This document shows positions 28,025 to 40,769 of a stretch of DNA of 64,000 nt, piece after piece. Position 1 is the stretch's first letter; each line of letters opens with the position of its first letter. The notes beneath the pieces are model-generated. The model worked only from the letters and a program-made list of their open reading frames with translations, was not told the origin of the DNA and ran no database searches. Source of the stretch: Octopus vulgaris (Eukaryota); the NCBI GenBank assembly GCA_951406725.2, contig OX597824.1:31744001-31808000 (forward strand), given 5' to 3'. Made by a program: the position numbers and the translations under genes.

Positions 28025-28106
28025 CATCTACAGGCTGTTTCAGAGATGTACCAAGTAATATGATATATTTCATATTTTCAATAGTGACACTCCCCTTATC
28101 AGAATG
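28025..28106 (-). ncRNA. Degenerate hammerhead (G8A core mutation) between inverted repeats 27745-27815 / 28170-28240
   Basis: CATT-CTGATAA-GGGGAGTGT...ACATCTCT-GAAA-CAG C CTG-TA-GATG. Confidence 0.5.
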
Positions 28107-28327
28107 TTTTCACACAATACAGAAAAAACAAATACAGAAATACAATTATCCAATTACATACCATCTCATCTGATTCTAAGTGTGGTTATTATGTTGCTCT
28201 AGTTTCCACTTGCATTACCTCCAGTGAGATAATTAAGCTAAATACAGCTCACTAGTGGCACTACAACTCCAGTCTGTATTTTATTTGCAGGCATTGTGAA
28301 CACTAGCAATCTCAAAATAAAGCAGTG

Positions 28328-28374
<47 letters not shown>

Positions 28375-28379
<5 letters not shown>

Positions 28380-29160
28380 TGGCAGGGCTTGACTGCTAGG
28401 AAGTCGGCCGTATGCTAGAAACAGATCATCAACGATCAAAGTAGTTTGATCGTTGATGATCTGTTTCTAGCATACGGCCGACTTCCTAGCAGTCAAGCCC
28501 TGCCAATATACACATATATTAGAATTTTCTCTGACTTCTCAGATTTTTTGTATGCTAGACTACTGGTTTTAAATTGATATTAAAATTAATATTAATTTAT
28601 CTCCCTCATTATTTAAATATTGAAATAAATACGTTCTCTCGTAGTAAGCACTAACCGCAGTGAATTATTTACTGCAGCCCTTCGCTTCAGGAATTTCTTA
28701 GCACGCCAGAACCAAGACATTTGAAATTTTATCCCTAATGTAATCGGTAAAACTAAGCACGTGTCTGTCTTGGCACGGAAGGCTGGGGTTAGTTTTTCAG
28801 TTTACATTTACAATGAACGAATGCACTGATGAAGCACGGACATTTGAATTATGTAAGTAATTCTTTTGTTAAAGGCCGAAACCGAGGTATGCATTTAATT
28901 CTGTTTTTTATATAAATTTTCATCTGTCCTGCCCGCCAAATTTGGTTCTGGTGTTCGCTGAATTTTTCCTCTAGAGAATTCCTTTGTAGTTTGATCATTG
29001 ATGATCTGTTTCTAGCATACGGCCGACTTCCTAGCAGTCAAGCCCTACCAATATACACATATATTAGAATTTTCTCTGACTTCTCAGATTTTTTGTATGC
29101 TAGACTACTGGTTTTAAATTGATATTAAAATTAATATTAATTTATCTCCCTCATTATTTA
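28375..29160 (+). mobile_element. Penelope-like terminal-repeat element: perfect hairpin (28375-28510) plus partial tandem repeat (28441-28615 repeated at 28987-29160)
   Basis: Inverted plus partial-tandem architecture in (TA)n, with an internal hammerhead. Confidence 0.8.
28820..28895 (+). ncRNA. Type I hammerhead ribozyme
   Basis: AATGCA-CTGATGA-AGC..GACA..GAATTA tgtaag TAATTC..TGTT..GCC-GAAA-CC GA GG-TA-TGCATT; 6-bp stem I; A.C mismatch at base of stem II. Confidence 0.72.
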
Positions 29161-29381
29161 TATATATATATATATACATACATATATATGCATACACATA
29201 CATATATGCATATATACACACATATACATGTATACATACATATATATATACATACATACATATATATACATATATTTATATGCATATATATACATATATA
29301 TATACATACATGTATACATATATATACACACATATATATACATCTACATATATATATACATATATTTACACATATATGTAT

Positions 29382-29412
<31 letters not shown>

Positions 29413-29627
29413 CATATATATAGTACTAAATAATAAATATTTTTAATAGTATATTATTATCAATATCAGGAAACCAATATTAAAAAATTCTTCAGAAAGA
29501 TAAATATCTGTGTAAAATAATTGTTGTATTAAAAATATAAATATGTATAAAAATCTATGTAAATATTTATAAGTATAAATATATAATGTATATGACTGTT
29601 TAAAAGTTTTGAATTAAGTATTTAAAG

Positions 29628-29719
29628 CATCTTACTATCGTTTCACAGAAGTGCTGTCACTATAATGAAATCCTATATTGATAAGCATTTATAGACAACT
29701 CCTCTGCTCTTCAGAGATA
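29628..29719 (-). ncRNA. Type I hammerhead ribozyme, long stem II
   Basis: TATCT-CTGAAGA-GCAGAGG AGTTGTC...GACAGCA CTTCTGT-GAAA-C GATA G-TA-AGATG; decayed partial tandem copy at about 29965-30020. Confidence 0.78.
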
Positions 29720-31360
29720 TAAAATTTGAATTTTGTATAACATATTGAATGGTAGTTTTTTTTAAGATTTGAAGTAATACTATAAAAATAGTGTTTGTTT
29801 GAAATATAAATTTAATATTAAAAATTACTGCTTTTGATGAGAGTCTCTAAATCCATATATACTTCCTTGGTTAGTCTTCTGTAATAATCCATAATATTCA
29901 TATGTAAAATCCGTTATATTGTCTTGTATTCTAAATATAGTTCATATACTTAGATAATATAGAATAATGGAATCCTGTATTGATAAGCGTTTATAAATAA
30001 GTCTTCTTCTCTTCAGTAATATCAAATGTGAAATTTGTATAATTTACGAATGGTAGTTTTTAAAAAAATTTATGAAGTAATATGGGAAAATGGTGTTTGT
30101 TTGAAATATAAATTAAATATTTTGACCAATTTATAATTTTATAACTTCACATATAATTTAAAATACAATTTTATTTTATATTATTTAAGTATATGAACTA
30201 TATTTGGATTACTGGACAGTATAATGGATTTTATACATAAGTATTATGGATTACTACAGAAGAATTACCAAGGACACATATATGAATTTCAAGATTCTCA
30301 TACTAAAGTCTACTTACCAAAATCAAAAGCAGTAATTTTTTTATATATATATATATATGTACATACATATTATATATGTATATATACATACATATGCGTT
30401 TTTGTTCCTTTTTTATATTTTTTATATTTATATATACATATAGCAGCGTACATACATACTTGCGCTCACCTTATATTAGGTATGTATCTAAATTTTGTAC
30501 AACTTTTACTCTATCTTTAAGTCCCCCTCTCACTTTCTTCCTTCTTTCTTTTTCTCGCTCCCACTCTCTCTCACGTTTCTTGCCCTCTCTTTCTTTAACT
30601 CCCACTATTTCTCACTCGTTTTTCTTCCCTGTGCCTTTTTCTTTGTCTCTGATTTATTTTCTGATCCTTCAATCCTGCTGCCCCCTACCGATCTCTCCTT
30701 CTACGTGACCAGTGTCCGACCAGCCATGATCTTTCTTTCTTGGCCTGACTACCGACCACCAACACCTCTTATGTCCATCTCCTATGTTCCTGCCTTTAGG
30801 CTTTCACTTCATACACGCCAGCTCAATTTAATTTGTTCTCAGTCGAAAGACACCTGTTGTTATTACTTGTTGTTTGTATTCATAATTGTGTACCATGTTC
30901 TCCATTTTTGTCTTTGTTGTCATATACATGTTGTAGCTTTCTTACATAGGGGTCTAATGCTCTTAGCTTAGACTTTTTGGGGGCAACCAGATCGAACCGT
31001 CACAAGTGTAATTGTCCGAAATGGTTGTGATGTCTGGTACTTGACTGAAGAAAGAAGGTCACGAATGACCTGTCTTTTTTTGCCTGTCCTTTTAATTGTT
31101 GTTTCTCTTGTCCACCTTTGTATTGTCCATCTGTTCAATGTTTTTATTGTCCTATATTGCATTTTTGTGCCATTTTTAAATATTTTTATGTATATGCATG
31201 GATATATATATATATAATGAATATATTACATATATATATTATGAATATATTACATATATATATATTATGAATATATTACCTATATATATATATATATATT
31301 AAGAGTATATTACATACATATATATTAAGAAAATATAAAATATATGCATAAATATATATA

Positions 31361-32237
31361 CCGTAAATCCTCGAGTATAATCTGCCCTTGAGTATAATAA
31401 GCAGGGGATTTTAGGGGGCTGTACCTCTGAAAAACCTAAATCTTGTGTATAATATGCACCCCTTCTCTAACTTGAGTCAAGGAGGTCTATATAACGTCCT
31501 TGGTTTGAAAAATGTATATGGTAATGTCTTTTATTATTATTGTATACATAACATAATGCAAATGTGTAGCTTTTTTTGTGCATTTTGTTTGCAGAAAATA
31601 AAGAAATAACAGTAAAAACGTCAGTGAAAAATAAATATTAAGTAAACTGCCTTTACATGTTTATCACTATCAGTTATAAAAGCAAAAGCAAAAATATTTA
31701 TTCAAATCCTTCAAATTCAACATCAAATAACTGTTCCTTTTGTTCCTCCGTAAACATGTCAGCATGATTGTAGAGTAAATCTCCGTCATCGTCAGATTCA
31801 TTGTCAACATCAGAAGATTCACTTTCATTTATTTCATCTTTCCATACAAAGTCATCCTGAGTACCATCAAGTGCAGATATACAACATTTGATAAAACTGT
31901 TCACAATAATCTGAGGAACAAATTCATTCCATGCATACACGATCCATTTGCATATCAAAGTCAGGTCGGGAGCACGAACCCTTCCACCTTTTCTCCAGTC
32001 GACATCCATTCAGTCCATAAATCACTTTATCACTTCATTGCTTTCAGGCTTAGCTTAAGGTATTTTCGCATCCAGCATCACAAAATGCGTCTGAATAAAC
32101 ATTGCTGGACAGCAAATAGAGATTCAGACATTGCTTAGAAAATATTTTTCATTTTTAACCTCGTATATAGTACACATTGGGGATTTTGACCCTTAAATTT
32201 TGGGGAAAAAATGTGGCTTATACTCGAGGATTTACAG
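31361..32237 (-). mobile_element. pogo/Tigger-like internally deleted DNA transposon
   Basis: 20-bp TIRs CCGTAAATCCTCGAGTATAA / TTATACTCGAGGATTTACAG with TA flanks; ORF KGGRVRAP...CKWIVYAW...SFIKCCIS-ALDGTQDD plus acidic tail matches a pogo C-terminus. Confidence 0.9.
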
Positions 32238-32293
32238 TATATATAGGTTATGAATATATTACATATATATATATATATTATGAATATATTACG

Positions 32294-32326
<33 letters not shown>

Positions 32327-32454
32327 TATGAATACATTATATATATATATATATATATATACTATGAATATATCATATATATATAATGAATATATTACAT
32401 AAACATATATATATTATGAGTACATTATGTATGTATATGTTTGTGTATATATAT

Positions 32455-33238
32455 ATATATATATATAATGAATATATTACATATATATATTATGAATATA
32501 TTACATATATATATATTATGAATATATTACCTATATATATATATATATTAAGAGTATATTACATACATATATATTAAGAAAATATAAAATATATGCATAA
32601 ATATATATACCGTAAATCCTCGAGTATAATCTGCCCTTGAGTATAATAAGCAGGGGATTTTTAGGGGGCTGTACCTCTGAAAAACCTAAATCTTGTGTAT
32701 AATATGCACCCCTTCTCTAACTTGAGCCAAGGAGGTCTATATAACGTCCTTGGTTTGAAAAATGTATATGGTAATGTCTTTTATTATTATTGTATACATA
32801 ACATAATGCAAATGTGTAGCTTTTTTTGTGCATTTTGTTTGCAGAAAATAAAGAAATAACAGTAAAAACGTCAGTGAAAAATAAATATTAAGTAAACTGC
32901 CTTTACATGTTTATCACTATCAGTTATAAAAGCAAAAGCAAAAATATTTATTCAAATCCTTCAAATTCAACATCAAATAACTGTTCCTTTTGTTCCTCCG
33001 TAAACATGTCAGCATGATTGTAGAGTAAATCTCCGTCATCGTCAGATTCATTGTCAACATCAGAAGATTCACTTTCATTTATTTCATCTTTCCATACAAA
33101 GTCATCCTGAGTACCATCAAGTGCAGATATACAACATTTGATAAAACTGTTCACAATAATCTGAGGAACAAATTCATTCCATGCATACACGATCCATTTG
33201 CATATCAAAGTCAGGTCGGGAGCACGAACCCTTCCACC
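32455..33238 (-). repeat. Near-identical tandem duplication of about 31205-31988 (flank plus left part of the pogo element)
   Basis: Sequence repeated with about 2 differences; ends abruptly in (TA)n. Confidence 0.9.
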
Positions 33239-33269
<31 letters not shown>

Positions 33270-33312
33270 TATATAATGAATATATTACATATATATATGT
33301 AATATTTTTGTT

Positions 33313-34330
33313 TAGAGTTGGATAAGTCGGAAATTCATACAGCATCACAGATGACTCAGAACATATTTATGGAGTATTTCATTCTAATGTTATTACACAC
33401 AGACAGTATCAAATTGGTTTGCAAAATTTCATTTTGGTAACTTTGACCTCAGAAATGAGGAATGCAGTTGACCAGAAACAGAGGTGGATAATGACGAACT
33501 GAAAGCCACCGTCAAGTCAGATCCCTCTCAAAGTGCCCATGAATAATCGTTGTTGTTTGATGGTAGCAATCAAACAATATTGACTCACCTAGTCCAAATT
33601 GGTACAATGAAAGATTTGGATAAGTGAGTTCCACACGAACTCAATGAAAATCAGAAACAGCTACTTACTCATCACAAAAATGAATCATTTTTTAATTGAA
33701 TTGTAGTATGTGATGAGAAATGGAACCTATATAACAACCATAAAAATATTCAGCACAATGGTTGGACAAAGACAAGCCACTAAAACACGGTCCAAAAGCA
33801 AAATTCATTAACAGAAGCTGATGGTGCCTGTTTGGTGCTCTGGCACAGGTGTGATCCATTATGATTTCATTAAACCTGGCTCATCAATCACAGTTGAATT
33901 ATACTGCAGCCAACTGGATCAAATGATGCAGTAACTTATAACATATCCACTCCTACTTTACTGCAAGACAACGCCAGACCACACATCACAAAAATGACAT
34001 TGGCAAAACCACAGGAGTTGGAAGTTCTCCATCATCCACTGTACTCACCTGATCTCGCCCTCACTGACTACCACTTCTTCTAGAATTTGGATAACTTATT
34101 GATAGGAAAAAAATTTAATTCCGGCGATGCTGTAAAACAGGCCTTCCAAGATTTTATTGACTCTAGTTTGCCAAGCTTTTACAATTCCAGGCTGGACAAG
34201 CTACCACTGAAATGGCAAAAGTGTATTGACAATATGGGTGCATACTTTGATGAATAAAACTATTCCTTGTGTTTATAAAACATTAGGAAACAGTTTTTTC
34301 TTTTCTAAAAATTTCATACTTGACAACCCT
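33313..34330 (+). mobile_element. mariner (DD34D) transposase relic
   Basis: *VPHEL, CDEKW, LLQDNARPH and HPLYSPDLALTDYHFF motifs with stops; diverged TIR-like ends. Confidence 0.9.
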
Positions 34331-34333
34331 TAA

Positions 34334-34553
34334 CCCTTTTGTTACCAACCTGGCTAAAAATGGCTCTGGCTCTGAGTACAAATGTCTTGTTTTCATAAGT
34401 TTTGAATTAAAATCTTCCACCAAACCTTAGCCACAATTTATGTTCCTAACACCAGCTTAATGATAACTAAGTTATTTTACTAAATTCTTTGTTATATTTG
34501 AAGTAACTGAAAGAAACACAGAACATCTCAAAATAAATACAGTAACGAAAGGG
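34334..34553. mobile_element. piggyBac-like MITE
   Basis: TTAA-CCCTTTTGTTAC ... GTAACGAAAGGG-TTAA. Confidence 0.85.
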
Positions 34554-36399
34554 TTAAAGTTTACAATCTGGTTTCAATATTCCAAGACAGACTCATAACA
34601 TTTACCTTAACCCTTTTGATACCAGCCTTTCCAAGACAGCCCCTGATCTTAAGATACAAACTTTGTTTTAAGAAAATCTAAATTAAAATATTCCATTAAA
34701 AGTTTCTGTTAATTTATGTTTAAAACACCAGCCTATAGTGATAAAGCCATTTTACTAAATTCATCAATATTGAAAGGTCTATAAAAGAGAAAACTTTTAT
34801 TTTTAAAATTCTGCAATTCAATAATTACTAATTTTGATATGACTGGTAAAAAGCTTGCTTCCCAACTACATGGTTCTGGGTTCAGTCCTACTACATGGTA
34901 CCTTAGACAAGTGTCTTCTACTCTGTGTGTGTGTTTGTCCCCCACCACCACCACCACCACATGACAACCAGTGTCAGTGTGTTTGTGTCCCTCATAACTT
35001 AGCAGTTCAGCGAAAATAAACTGATAAGTAACAGGCTTTAAAAAAAAGTACTGGGAGCAATTTAAAAATAAATATTTCCAAGGCAGTGCCCCAGCATGGC
35101 CATAGCCTAATGACTAAAACAAGCAAAAGAAATAAATGCATCCTATTGTAACACCATAAAAAAACATACAAAAGCCAAAATACTTTCACAGCTGAGTACT
35201 TCCATTTTTACTTGATGCTGTTGTATTACAAATGGGAGACTGGACACTAATGATATTGGAAACAAACCAAAATATCATACTCTGTTGACAGAAACTTATA
35301 AAAAAAATTGCTTAAGGTGTTTGGGCAGTTATGAAGAGAGGGTCATGTCATTTCATTATATTGCTTTCCACAGCATACATAAAAAGAGTAAAGAATCCCT
35401 TCAGTCACGAATGACCTCGGGATTGCACCTAGAAAGTTACCCTTCAAGGCACAAGTCCAACAAGGTTGATTACGGAAGACCAACAGTCATCCATGCACCC
35501 CAGACTCCTCTATCCACACCACTGATTTTATCCAAAGGAAAGAGAAAGGCCAATACAGCTTAGCACCAGTGATGGCACAACGCATTTGTACAGATGAGTG
35601 AACTGGAGCAACATGAAATAAAGTGACTTGCTCAAGAACACAACACATAGCCTGATCTGGGAATCAAATTCAGTAATTCCTGATTGTATGCCCGACACTA
35701 ACCACTGAGCCATGTGCCTTTACGCATACATAACCTACACTTGATATGTGTCTTACATTGTTTATTGACTATGTTGCCTTTAAGAAACTTTTTTTTTTTT
35801 CATTATCTAAATGAAAATTCTAGAAATATGAAAGAAATGTTAAACTAATATCCACCTTTCACCTATTTGCAATGAGTGGATGAAAACAAAATCAGAAGCA
35901 GTGGTGTGCCACCCTGGTATCTGATCATGATTACATAAAACATGACAGCCATGAATACAAGTTTTACATCCTGTACAGAAAGCAACCCTCTAGACTAAAA
36001 TGTAAGCAACTAAACAGTTGATCTGAAAGATAAGATAAGATTAAACTAGAGTATTTGTGTATGGTAGTTTATAAATGGTAGTACTTGTATGTGATAAATT
36101 TATAGTTTTATACTTTATTTCAGTATAATGTTACACATTATATTTATATGAACAGAATTACATGTTTCCCCAACAAAACAACAGTGAAATATTATGCTGT
36201 AGATGTAAGATAAAACATACTATGTTTGTTGTTTTGACATGGAAATGGTGTGTGTGTGTGTGTATGCATGCGTGAGAATGCATTCTTGAACAGAAAATGA
36301 CACTGAATGGGTATAATAAACACATTATGCCCGTAGCAACTCCAGGACACTGGCTGTTTGGGATTAGCCCAAGTATAAATTTAGTCAAGTGAACATGTT

Positions 36400-36777
36400 G
36401 GCGCAGGAGTAGCTGTGTGGTAAGTAGCTTGCTTACCAACCACATGGTTCTGGGTTCAGTCCCACTGCGTGGCACGTGGAAAGTGTCTTCTACTATAGCC
36501 TTGGATTTGGTATACAGAAACTGAAAGAAGCCTGTCGTATATATGTATATATATATATGTGTGTGTGTGTGTGTTTGTCCCCCCAAACATCACTTGACAA
36601 CCAATGCTGGTGTGTTTACGTCCCCGTAACTTAACAATTCGGCAAAAGAGACCGATAGAATAAGTACTAGGCTTACAAAGAATAAGTCCTGGGTGTCGAT
36701 TTGCTCAACTAAAGGTGGTGCTCCAGCATGGTCACAGTCAAATGACTGAAACAAGTAAAAAGAGTAAAAAAGAGAGT
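36400..36777 (+). mobile_element. SINE family A
   Basis: tRNA-like head (B box GGTTCAGTCCC) and aaacaagtaaaaagag tail. Confidence 0.85.
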
Positions 36778-37011
36778 ATGTATTTGCAAGTTGATTTAAT
36801 TTCTGTCAACAATGACTTCAAGTATGTAATTGCAGCCAATCACTCATCCTCCTTTTATTAAGCCTGGTCACAGTTCATTTATTTTCATTCAGCTTCTGGC
36901 AATCATCTTGGAGGTGCCCTCTGTCAAAAAATATCATTTGTTGCAGATGTTCTCTTCACATTGTTTACTTGTATCTGACTCAGGCTCAGAAGTTACAGCC
37001 CAAATTATCTA

Positions 37012-37185
37012 TACAGTTCTATATTTAAGAGATGAGGAATTATGTACATTATTTACATTTGACGTATATTTGTCCTCGTCTTGTTTGTTGTTGACACAAT
37101 GTTTCGGCTGATAGACCCTACAGCCTTCATCAGGTGTCTTGGGGAAATTTCGTACCTGGGTTCTCATTCTTAAGGTATTTTTCAA

Positions 37186-37231
<46 letters not shown>

Positions 37232-37308
37232 CAGGTCACTGCCTGGAATGGAACTCGGAATCTTGGGGTTAGGTAGCCTGTGCTCCTAACCACTTTGCCA
37301 TATGCCCA
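37012..37308 (-). mobile_element. tRNA-headed SINE with (AAT)n linker and a Penelope/hammerhead-like 3' body
   Basis: Minus strand: A box TGGCAAAGTGG, B box GAGTTCCATTCC, (AAT)n, then CTGATGA-AGGCTG..CAGCC-GAAA-CA TTG TG-TC. Confidence 0.65.
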
Positions 37309-37979
37309 ATCATAAAAATTAAAACTAATTCAAATTCAATGTTTTCTTGAAACAATAAATTTCTAGAGATTAGGATTTAAATTCAAATCTATGAAAAGTT
37401 TCTGTTCTACAATATTCTTAAAGGAACGAAAATTTATCCAACAACTCGGGCTAATATGAACGAGCCTAGTAGGTATAAAAAACTAACTGACATCTCATCA
37501 AGAGTACAGGCAACAGTCAGATTGCTGATGTTTGTTATTTGGTTCTGTCATTCTGTGTGTCTGTGTGTAAAGATCAGTTGTGTTTTGCAGGGTTACTCTA
37601 TTTTTACCTTCAACTTAGAAATGGAAAAAGACAGTGATAAATATAAAAAAATAAGCCATTTGAGGCTAGAAATAAAGTGGAAAAACATGAAATTCTTTGA
37701 GCAGGCATATGTCTTATGTGAAATCTGTGATGAGTCCAAGTGATGCTGATGGCCTGGAGTCGCCACTGCATTATGCATAATTATCTTTTACTTGTTTCAG
37801 TTATCAGACTGTGCCTAAAGCTTCAGTCAAACGAATAGAGCCTGGTACTTGTTTCTGTTTTTAATCTCTTTTGCCAAATTTCTAAAGGAGTTGTAAATAA
37901 GCCAGTACTAGTTGTCAAGTGATGGTGATGTGTGTGTGTGTGTGGGGGGCAAACAAACACACACACACACACACACAGG

Positions 37980-38600
37980 AATTTCAACCATGTTTCGTGG
38001 TCTGCTACTACAACAGCTCCTTTATAGGATCCAGTTAGCTCAAGACATCATCAGGAGGAACCACATCCGGTTTCGGCCCCTACTCCTCTACCGTTTTGAC
38101 GTGGCGGGGCCTCCCCTTTCAGAGGTGTCTTCAGCTCTGGTGTCGGGTGCATGTCTTCTTTCTTCTGTTCCCTGGCCTCTTCAATGTAGCGTCAACGAGT
38201 GTCAAAATTTTCCCCTTTAAATACCTGCTGCTAGGCTTCCAGCAGGCAGCCCCAGCAAGTTGTCATGTGACACTGTCTCAACTTTAACTGTCCAATGAAG
38301 GCACGTAGTCTTAGCCCACGCATTCTCTAAATGACCATCACCTGACAAACAGTGAAGCTAATTCAGTGTCAACTTGTCTCACCTGGTGATGTTATTCTCC
38401 GCCGGCATGTTATGACTTTCAAGCCATTTTTGGTCTTCCTGCTTCAGCCATATATAGAAGCTGGCTTTTTCAACCGCCTTCTGAACTCTCCTTATTAGTT
38501 TTCTCAGCTCCGAGCTCGAAAAAACAAATCTTCTTTTGAATAGCATTGTCATTTTTCTTTCAATGAAGCCCCTAGCCCCAACTGTTAACCCTATAATGAA
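37980..38600 (-). mobile_element. HERO/R2-clade (restriction-like endonuclease) non-LTR retrotransposon 3' end
   Basis: Minus frame TVGARGFIERKMTMLFKRRF...VQKAVEKASFYIWLKQEDQKW matches the RLE C-terminal VG.RGF...E.AS..IW motif; followed by a GC-richer 3' UTR. Confidence 0.75.
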
Positions 38601-39414
38601 GTAATATTCTTGATTTCAAATGCCAGTAAAACAATTGTAAATTTATGTAATAAAACAGTTTCCATCTCTCAAGGCTTGGGTCCACCCGGAGCTATAGCAG
38701 AAGACACCTGCCCAAAGTGATCTGCAGTGGGATTGAACTTGGAACTGTGTAATCAGGAAATAAATTTCTTACCATACCAGCCACACCTGCATCTATTGTA
38801 TAGTTTTGTTTTCCACAATAGTAAAAACAAGAAACAATTCTGTTGTATTTGAGTACCTAAATGGAAGGTTTGATGTGCATCCCACTTGGTCTAGCTAATC
38901 ATCATCATTTAACATCTGTTTTCCATGCTGCAGCAGACTCCAATTGTCTATTTTGGCTTGGTTTTTATGGTTGGATGCCCTTATTAATGCCAATTACTTT
39001 ACAGTGAACTGGGTGCTTTTTACATAGCACCAGTAAATAAATTCTAGCTTGAGTAAACAGCACACACATACACACACACCAGCAGCAATTCAAGAATTTG
39101 GACCTGGAGATCTCCATTTCCAGCAACTTTGAGGGCCACCTCCCAGTGGTGTTGGGTGTCAACGAAAAACCCTCGACTACAACAAGACGACCAAATTTTT
39201 TTTTTTTTTCCAAGGTCTGGGGTCTCCTGCCATTAAGCCCTAGACCATCACCTAATCACTCTTACCTGTTTTGTTGCTTAACAACAACAACACGCACCAG
39301 CAAACACTCCACTTGCTGTTTTCATAAGCATAATTCTATACTTGCTGGGCTATGAGCGATTGAGTTAGTTTTCATAGCTGATAGAGTAGAATGATGCTAA
39401 AATGCACATTAAGC

Positions 39415-39645
39415 TATTTCTTTACTACCCACAAGGGGCTAAACACAGAGGGGACAAACAAGGACAGCCAAACAGATTAAGTCGATTACATCGACCCCAA
39501 TGCGTAACTGGTACTTATTTAATCGACCCCGAAAGGATGAAAGGCAAAGTCGACCTCGGCGGAATTTGAACTCACAACGTAGCGGCAGACGAAATACGGC
39601 TACACATTTCGCCCGGCGTGCTAACGGTTCTGCCAGCTCCCCGCC
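39415..39645 (-). mobile_element. SINE family B
   Basis: Reverse complement of 26235-26460. Confidence 0.85.
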
Positions 39646-40769
39646 TATGATGTAAAGACCCCACTCATGGCCCAAAACTAAAAGTTTTTTGATACAAGTT
39701 TAAGTGGAGAATTTCCTCCAGAGACTGTTCCTACAGTAATAGAACTTATTACATCCATTTACAATTGAACATGTTAAACAAGACTTTACATGAATATATT
39801 ATATTCAACATTGCTTTGAGTAACTTTATATATATCCCTCTCTCTCTCTTTCAGAGAGGCACAAGCACCTACACACACGGCAATTACTTCCGCCTACCAA
39901 ATTCAATCATAAAGCTTCGGTCGACCCAGGGCTATAGCAGAAGACACTTGCCCAAAGTGCCATGCGGTGGGACTGAACCCAAAACGATGTAGTTAGGAAG
40001 CAAGCTCCCTAACCACACAGCCATGCCCGCACCTATGAAAATGTATGTATATATGCGCAGCGCTAAGCATGTGGCTATATTGATGTATATGTATAAATGT
40101 GTAGCATCATCATTTGATGCTCCATACTGGCATGGGCTCAATGGTTGAACAGGATCCGATAGATCCATGGACTAAATTGTTCTCCAGTGTCTGCTTTGGC
40201 ATGGTTTTTATGGCTGAATGCTCTTACTAACACCAACCACTTTATTTTTCATACCAGCAGCACAGGTGAGGCAACCATACAGCTCACAAGGCTATTAAAA
40301 CTATAGTGGGACAGGAGCAGTTGTATGCTAATCCATGGCACTCAGACTCCCATTTGTAATACATCCACATTAGAAGCAGGGCAACTTTAGATGTATATCT
40401 TTATTTTTTATCTATTACTTGTTTCAATCATTAGATTGCAACCATGTTGGAACAGTGCCTTTAAGAATTTTTAGTTGAATGAATTAATCCTGGTACTTTT
40501 TTTTTCTTAAGCCTGGTGCTTATTCTATCTAGTTTGTTGCCAAACCACTAAGTTACAAGGATGCAAACACACAAAGACTGATCGTTGAGCAGTGGTGGGG
40601 GACACACTTGAACCACAAAGACACACACACTCACATATATGGTGGGTTCCTTTCAGTTTCCATCTACCATATCCACTCACTAGGTTTTGCTTGGTCCAAG
40701 TCTATAGAAGACACTTACCAATGGTGCTAAAAGTAAAACAAGCTTCTTACCACACTGCCACATCAGCTG

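Noticed and set aside
38040-38085. Minus-strand GAAAC...CTGATGA in the HERO-like 3' UTR as a permuted hammerhead
   Set aside because: Stem I cannot form and stem II is mostly G.U or mismatched.
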